Shown here: one piece after another, positions 59,796 to 64,000 of the stretch
How positions within the stretch are numbered: the stretch's first letter is position 1
Layout: each line of letters opens with the position of its first letter
Assembly: GCA_963836075.1 (NCBI GenBank)
Contig: CAWIIB010000001.1
Span: forward strand, 1,696,001 to 1,760,000
Direction of reading: 5' to 3'
Length of the DNA stretch: 64,000 nucleotides
From: an uncultured Acidobacteriota bacterium
GTDB taxonomy: Bacteria; Acidobacteriota; JAQAZP01
Translations under genes and position numbers: made by a program
Notes under the pieces: generated by a model
Databases searched by the model: none
Seen by the model: the letters and a program-made list of their open reading frames with translations, nothing else
What the model was told of the DNA's origin: nothing

Positions 59796-62700
59796 ATGAT
59801 AGATTCTGTTATTCGCGGTTCGATCAACAACCGCCTGCTGTCGATCTTCCTGGTGCTGCTGGTCTGCGTCTTTGGCTACCTGGCCTACCGGGCGATGCCG
59901 GTGGACGTCTACCCCGACCTCAACGCCCCGCTGGTCAACATCGTCACCGAAAACCCCGGCATGTCGGCCGAAGACGTGGAACGGCTGATCACCATCCCCC
60001 TGGAGAGCACGCTCAACGGTTCGCCGGGGGTGACCCGGTTGCGCTCCGAATCGGGGACCGGGATCTCGGTGGTCACCGTGGAGTTCGACTGGGGCACCGA
60101 CATCTACCTCGCCCGCCAGATCGTCTCGGGCAAGCTGGAACTGGTCAGCGGACTGCTGCCGGCGGGATCAAGCTCACCGGTGCTCGGCCCCATCTCCTCA
60201 CGGATGGGCGAGATCTTCGAGTTCGTACTGGTCAGCGATACCCTCGACCTGATGGAACTGCGCGACCTGGCCGACTGGGCGGTGCGCTACCGCCTGCTGA
60301 GCACCACCGGGGTCAGCTACGTGGTCAACCTCGGCGGTGAAGTTCGCGAGTACCAGGTGCAGCTCAAGCCGGACCAGCTGCGCAGTTACGGCATCAGCAT
60401 CGCCGAAGTGGGCGAGGCCATCGCCGCCAGCAATCGCAACAGCACCGGCGGCATCCTCACCCGCCAGGAGCAGGAATACCTGATCCGGGGCATCGGGCAG
60501 ATCACCGGCGCGGAAGACATCGCCGACATCGTGGTGGACAACCGCGGCGGGGTGCCGGTCTACGTACACAACCTGGCCGAGGTCTCCATGGGCCCGCGGT
60601 TCCGGCGCGGATCGGCCGGCCACAATGGCCGCAAGGCGGTGAAGCTCACCGTGGAGAAGCAGTTCCGGGGAGACACGCTGGAGACCATCGACAACATAAA
60701 AGCCACCCTGGCCGAACTGCGTGAAGAATTGCCAGCGGGCGTAGATATCTACCCCTTCTACGACCAGTCGGTGTTCATCAAGAAAGCGGTGGGAAACATC
60801 AAGTGGTCGATCCTCGAAGGGTCGATACTCATCATGCTGGTGATCATGCTTTTCATGGGCAACTTTCGCTCGGTCTGGATCGCGGTGATCACCATCTCCT
60901 ACTCGATCTTCATAGCCATTTTGATCATGAACCTTTTCGGCCTCACCATCAATGTGATGAGCCTCGGCGGACTGGCCATCGGCATCGGCAAGATGGCCAA
61001 CTCCTCGATCTTCGTGGTGGAGAACATCTACCGCAAGCTGCTGCTGAACAAAAGCCTGCCGGAAGAACAGCGCCGGACCGTCCGGCGCATCTGCTTCGAG
61101 GCCACCCGGGAAGTGGCCCCGGCGCTGTTCAGCGCCAATCTGATCATCTTTCTCGTCTTCGTCCCGATGTTCTTCATGCAGGGGATCGAGGGCAAGATGT
61201 TCGCCCCCACCGCCTTTGCCGTGGGCATGGCGCTGATCGGCAGCTTTGCCGGCGCGATCACCATCATGCCGGTGCTGGCCTCGCTCTTCCTCCGCCGCAT
61301 CCGGGCCGTGCGCGAGAACCGCGTGATCCGCGGCGCCCTGACCCTCTACACTCCATTCCTGGAAAGGGTCATCACCCATCCCTGGCGCATCCTGGCCGGC
61401 ACCGGCCTGGTGCTGGCGCTGATCTTCGTCCTGCTGCTGCCGCGGCTGGGCACCGAGTTCATGCCGCAGATGGACGAGGGATCGATTGTCGCCAGCACGG
61501 TGATGCTGCCGGGCACCAGCCTCGAGGAAACGATACGGGTGGGCAAACTGGTCAGCGGTCTGGTGATGGACCGGGAAAAATTCCCCGAGGTGGTTTCGGT
61601 TACCCGGGAGACCGGCCGGGCCGAGCAGTCCGAGCATGCCCACCCGGTGAGCCACAGCCACTTCATCATCGAACTGCTGCCCCTGGAGGAGCGGGACCGC
61701 TCGGCGGAGGAGATCATCGAGGGCCTGCGCGAGGAGTTCCGCAAAGTGCCCGGGATCGACTACATCTTCGAGCAGCCGATCCAGAACAAGCTGGCCGAGA
61801 TGCTCACCGGCACCGAGGGCGAGCTGTCGGTCAAGTTGTACGGCCCGGACCTGGACCAGTTGGAAGAGAAGATCCAGGCCATCCGCGACGTGCTGTCCAG
61901 GATCGACGGCGTGGCCGACCTGCAGGTGGAGCAGACCGCCGGCGTGCCGCGGATCAACGTCATCCTCGACCGCCAGCGGATGGCCCGCTACGGGGTCAAG
62001 GTGGACGATGCCAGCGACATCATCGAGACGGCGCTCAGCGGCCAGACCATCACCGACGTTTTCCAGGGCAACCGGCGCTATTCCATCCTGCTCCGCTTCC
62101 AGCAGCAGTACCGGGACGACCTGGACGAGATTCGCAACCTGCTGGTGGACGCACCGGGCGGGCAACTGGTCCCGCTCTCCGAAATCGCCGCCATCGAGAA
62201 GGGCGAGGGGCCGGAGGAAATCTTCCGCGAGAACATGGAGCGGCGCAAGGTCATCGTGCTCAACGTCAGCGGCCGGGACGTGGTGGGCTTCGTCGCCGAG
62301 GCCCGCGAGCAGATCGCCGATAAGGTGGACCTGCCGCGGGGCTACCGGGTGCGCTTCGGCGGCCAGTTCGAGAACCAGCAGCAGGCCTCGCGCCAGCTGC
62401 TGATCTACTCGGTGCTCATCGCCCTGGCGGTGTTCATCATCCTCATCTCCAGTTTTGGCTCACTGCGCCAGTCGCTGCTCATCCTGCTCAACGTGCCGGT
62501 GGCCCTGGCCGGCGGCGTTGCCGGTCTCTGGGCCTGCGGCGCCACGCTCAACGTCAGTTCGGCAATCGGCTTCATCGCCCTCTTCGGTATTTCACTGCAG
62601 AACGGGATTATCCTGGTCAAGACGATCAACACCATGCGCCAGCGGGAGATGCCGCTTCGCCAGGCGGTGATCGAAGGGTCGAAGATGCGTCTGCGGCCGA

Positions 62701-62927
62701 TTTTGATGACCGAACTGGTGATGATCTTCGGTGCGCTGCCCCTGGTGCTGGGTAACGAGATGGGGTCGGAGATCCACCGTCCGCTGGCCATCGTCTATGT
62801 CGGCGGGTTCCTGCTGGCGCTGCTCTTCAGCAAGTTCACCCTGCCGGCGCTCTACTATGTCTTCGAATCGCTGAGGAAGGAGCCGGACTCCGGGTTGCAT
62901 TGCTCTCTCAGGTCGGAGAAGATCTGA
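59796..62927 (+). CDS. czcA: CusA/CzcA family heavy-metal RND efflux permease
   Basis: MPVDVYPDL..P.V, INVMSLGGLAIGIG, EGKMF.P.A, GTEFMP.MDEG, GGQFENQQ, RLRPILMT. Confidence 0.93.
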   Translation: MIDSVIRGSINNRLLSIFLVLLVCVFGYLAYRAMPVDVYPDLNAPLVNIVTENPGMSAEDVERLITIPLESTLNGSPGVTRLRSESGTGISVVTVEFDWGTDIYLARQIVSGKLELVSGLLPAGSSSPVLGPISSRMGEIFEFVLVSDTLDLMELRDLADWAVRYRLLSTTGVSYVVNLGGEVREYQVQLKPDQLRSYGISIAEVGEAIAASNRNSTGGILTRQEQEYLIRGIGQITGAEDIADIVVDNRGGVPVYVHNLAEVSMGPRFRRGSAGHNGRKAVKLTVEKQFRGDTLETIDNIKATLAELREELPAGVDIYPFYDQSVFIKKAVGNIKWSILEGSILIMLVIMLFMGNFRSVWIAVITISYSIFIAILIMNLFGLTINVMSLGGLAIGIGKMANSSIFVVENIYRKLLLNKSLPEEQRRTVRRICFEATREVAPALFSANLIIFLVFVPMFFMQGIEGKMFAPTAFAVGMALIGSFAGAITIMPVLASLFLRRIRAVRENRVIRGALTLYTPFLERVITHPWRILAGTGLVLALIFVLLLPRLGTEFMPQMDEGSIVASTVMLPGTSLEETIRVGKLVSGLVMDREKFPEVVSVTRETGRAEQSEHAHPVSHSHFIIELLPLEERDRSAEEIIEGLREEFRKVPGIDYIFEQPIQNKLAEMLTGTEGELSVKLYGPDLDQLEEKIQAIRDVLSRIDGVADLQVEQTAGVPRINVILDRQRMARYGVKVDDASDIIETALSGQTITDVFQGNRRYSILLRFQQQYRDDLDEIRNLLVDAPGGQLVPLSEIAAIEKGEGPEEIFRENMERRKVIVLNVSGRDVVGFVAEAREQIADKVDLPRGYRVRFGGQFENQQQASRQLLIYSVLIALAVFIILISSFGSLRQSLLILLNVPVALAGGVAGLWACGATLNVSSAIGFIALFGISLQNGIILVKTINTMRQREMPLRQAVIEGSKMRLRPILMTELVMIFGALPLVLGNEMGSEIHRPLAIVYVGGFLLALLFSKFTLPALYYVFESLRKEPDSGLHCSLRSEKI

Positions 62928-62978
62928 CTACGGCATCGGAGACCAGACCATGCAACCCCTGGTAGAGAGGGAGGCATC

Positions 62979-64000
62979 ATGACCCGGCAATTGGCTCTCG
63001 CGATACTTACGCTCTGCGCCGTGATCTTCACCGGTTGCTCAAAACCCGAGGTACAGATGGACATCGTTGACCAGGTGGCCGAATCGTATGTCAAGCTCTG
63101 TCTCGAGCTCGGCAGTTACGACCCCGACTTTGTCGACGCCTACTACGGCCCGCCGGAGTGGAAGCCCGAACCGCCTGCCGAGGGTCAGGAGCATGCCATC
63201 CCCGTTGGCCAGCTCAGCCGGCAGGCCGACGGGATGATCGCCAGTCTGGACGCCGTCGACATTGACGGGCTCACCGATATGGAGCAGCGCCGCATCAGGT
63301 TTCTGCGGGCGCACATCAGCTCGGCAAAATCGCGCATCGAGCTTGTGGGCGGCAAAGAGATGAGCTTTGACGAGGAATCGAAGGCCCTCTACGGCGCCGT
63401 CGCCCCCCGCTGCGATGTCGATACCCTTGAGACGGTCCTGGCCAGCCTGGACAGCCTGGTTCCCGGCGAAGGGGACCTGGCCCAGCGGGTCAACGCCTAC
63501 CGGGCACGGTTCGAGGTACCCAAGGACCGCATCGACGCGGTATTCGCCGCGGCCATCGCGGAAGCCAGACGCCGCACAATGGCCCATATCCAACTCCCCG
63601 AGGGGGAGAGCTTCGACACGGAATATGTCACCGGCGTCTCCTGGGGCGCCTACAACTGGTACAAGGGCGGCTACCGGAGCCTGATCCAGGTCAACGTCGA
63701 TCTTCCGGTCCATATCGGATCCCCGCTGGAGCTTGCCGTCCATGAGGGATACCCCGGCCACCACGTCCAGAACCTGCTGATGGAGAAGAATATGCTCCGC
63801 GACCGGGGCTGGGTCGAGTATTCGGTGCAGCCGCTCTACTGCCCCCAGGCGACCCTCAACGAGGGAGGGGCAAACTACGGCATCGACATCGCCTTTACCG
63901 AGGAGGAGCAGATAGCGTTTACCCGCGACGCGCTCTTCCCCCTCGCCGGGCTTGATCCGCAGCACGCCGCGGAGTATCTGCGGTTCGAGAAGCTCACCGG
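62979..64000 (+). CDS. lipoprotein with HEGYPGHH motif (DUF885-like putative metallopeptidase), 3' truncated
   Basis: Manually translated and absent from the ORF track: MTRQLALAILTLCAVIFTGC..FVDAYYGPPEW..YNWYKG..LAVHEGYPGHH; GGAGG RBS. Confidence 0.85.
   Translation, partial: MTRQLALAILTLCAVIFTGCSKPEVQMDIVDQVAESYVKLCLELGSYDPDFVDAYYGPPEWKPEPPAEGQEHAIPVGQLSRQADGMIASLDAVDIDGLTDMEQRRIRFLRAHISSAKSRIELVGGKEMSFDEESKALYGAVAPRCDVDTLETVLASLDSLVPGEGDLAQRVNAYRARFEVPKDRIDAVFAAAIAEARRRTMAHIQLPEGESFDTEYVTGVSWGAYNWYKGGYRSLIQVNVDLPVHIGSPLELAVHEGYPGHHVQNLLMEKNMLRDRGWVEYSVQPLYCPQATLNEGGANYGIDIAFTEEEQIAFTRDALFPLAGLDPQHAAEYLRFEKLT

Noticed and set aside
56813-62927. Heavy-metal efflux operon as a novel system
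   Set aside because: It is a standard CzcCBA-type arrangement with a DUF2946-like leader gene.

Overview
High-GC diderm bacterial DNA; the gene content suggests an uncultured Acidobacteriota/PVC-like organism, which is inference only. About 50 CDS were identified and no rRNA, tRNA, CRISPR array or intact mobile element was seen. 1-12.4 kb is a + strand envelope/transport cluster (two DUF1254/DUF1214 proteins, an SphA-like barrel, two DUF481 barrels, an AI-2E transporter, an alpha/beta hydrolase) containing a 156-bp direct repeat. 12.5-55 kb is rich in secreted proteins, ECF sigma/anti-sigma or Ser/Thr-kinase modules and sigma54 promoters. 56.8-62.9 kb is a CzcCBA-type heavy-metal efflux operon. 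The main observation is that secreted proteins with different N-terminal domains (FG-GAP propeller, S8 protease, Asp-box propeller, two C25 gingipain-like proteases, and divergently a HAF-repeat protein) all end in the same ~120-aa domain (WRxGxxN ... DVTxxP[YF]NQPP ... C-x-x-x-G-x-[AS]-P-COOH). A second C-terminal module built of FG-GAP repeats caps two other secreted proteins, and two paralogous Asp-box proteins carry one module each. This looks like an interchangeable C-terminal sorting or surface-attachment system analogous to the T9SS CTD. About 16 frameshifts between 19.5 and 48.5 kb are most likely long-read consensus errors.
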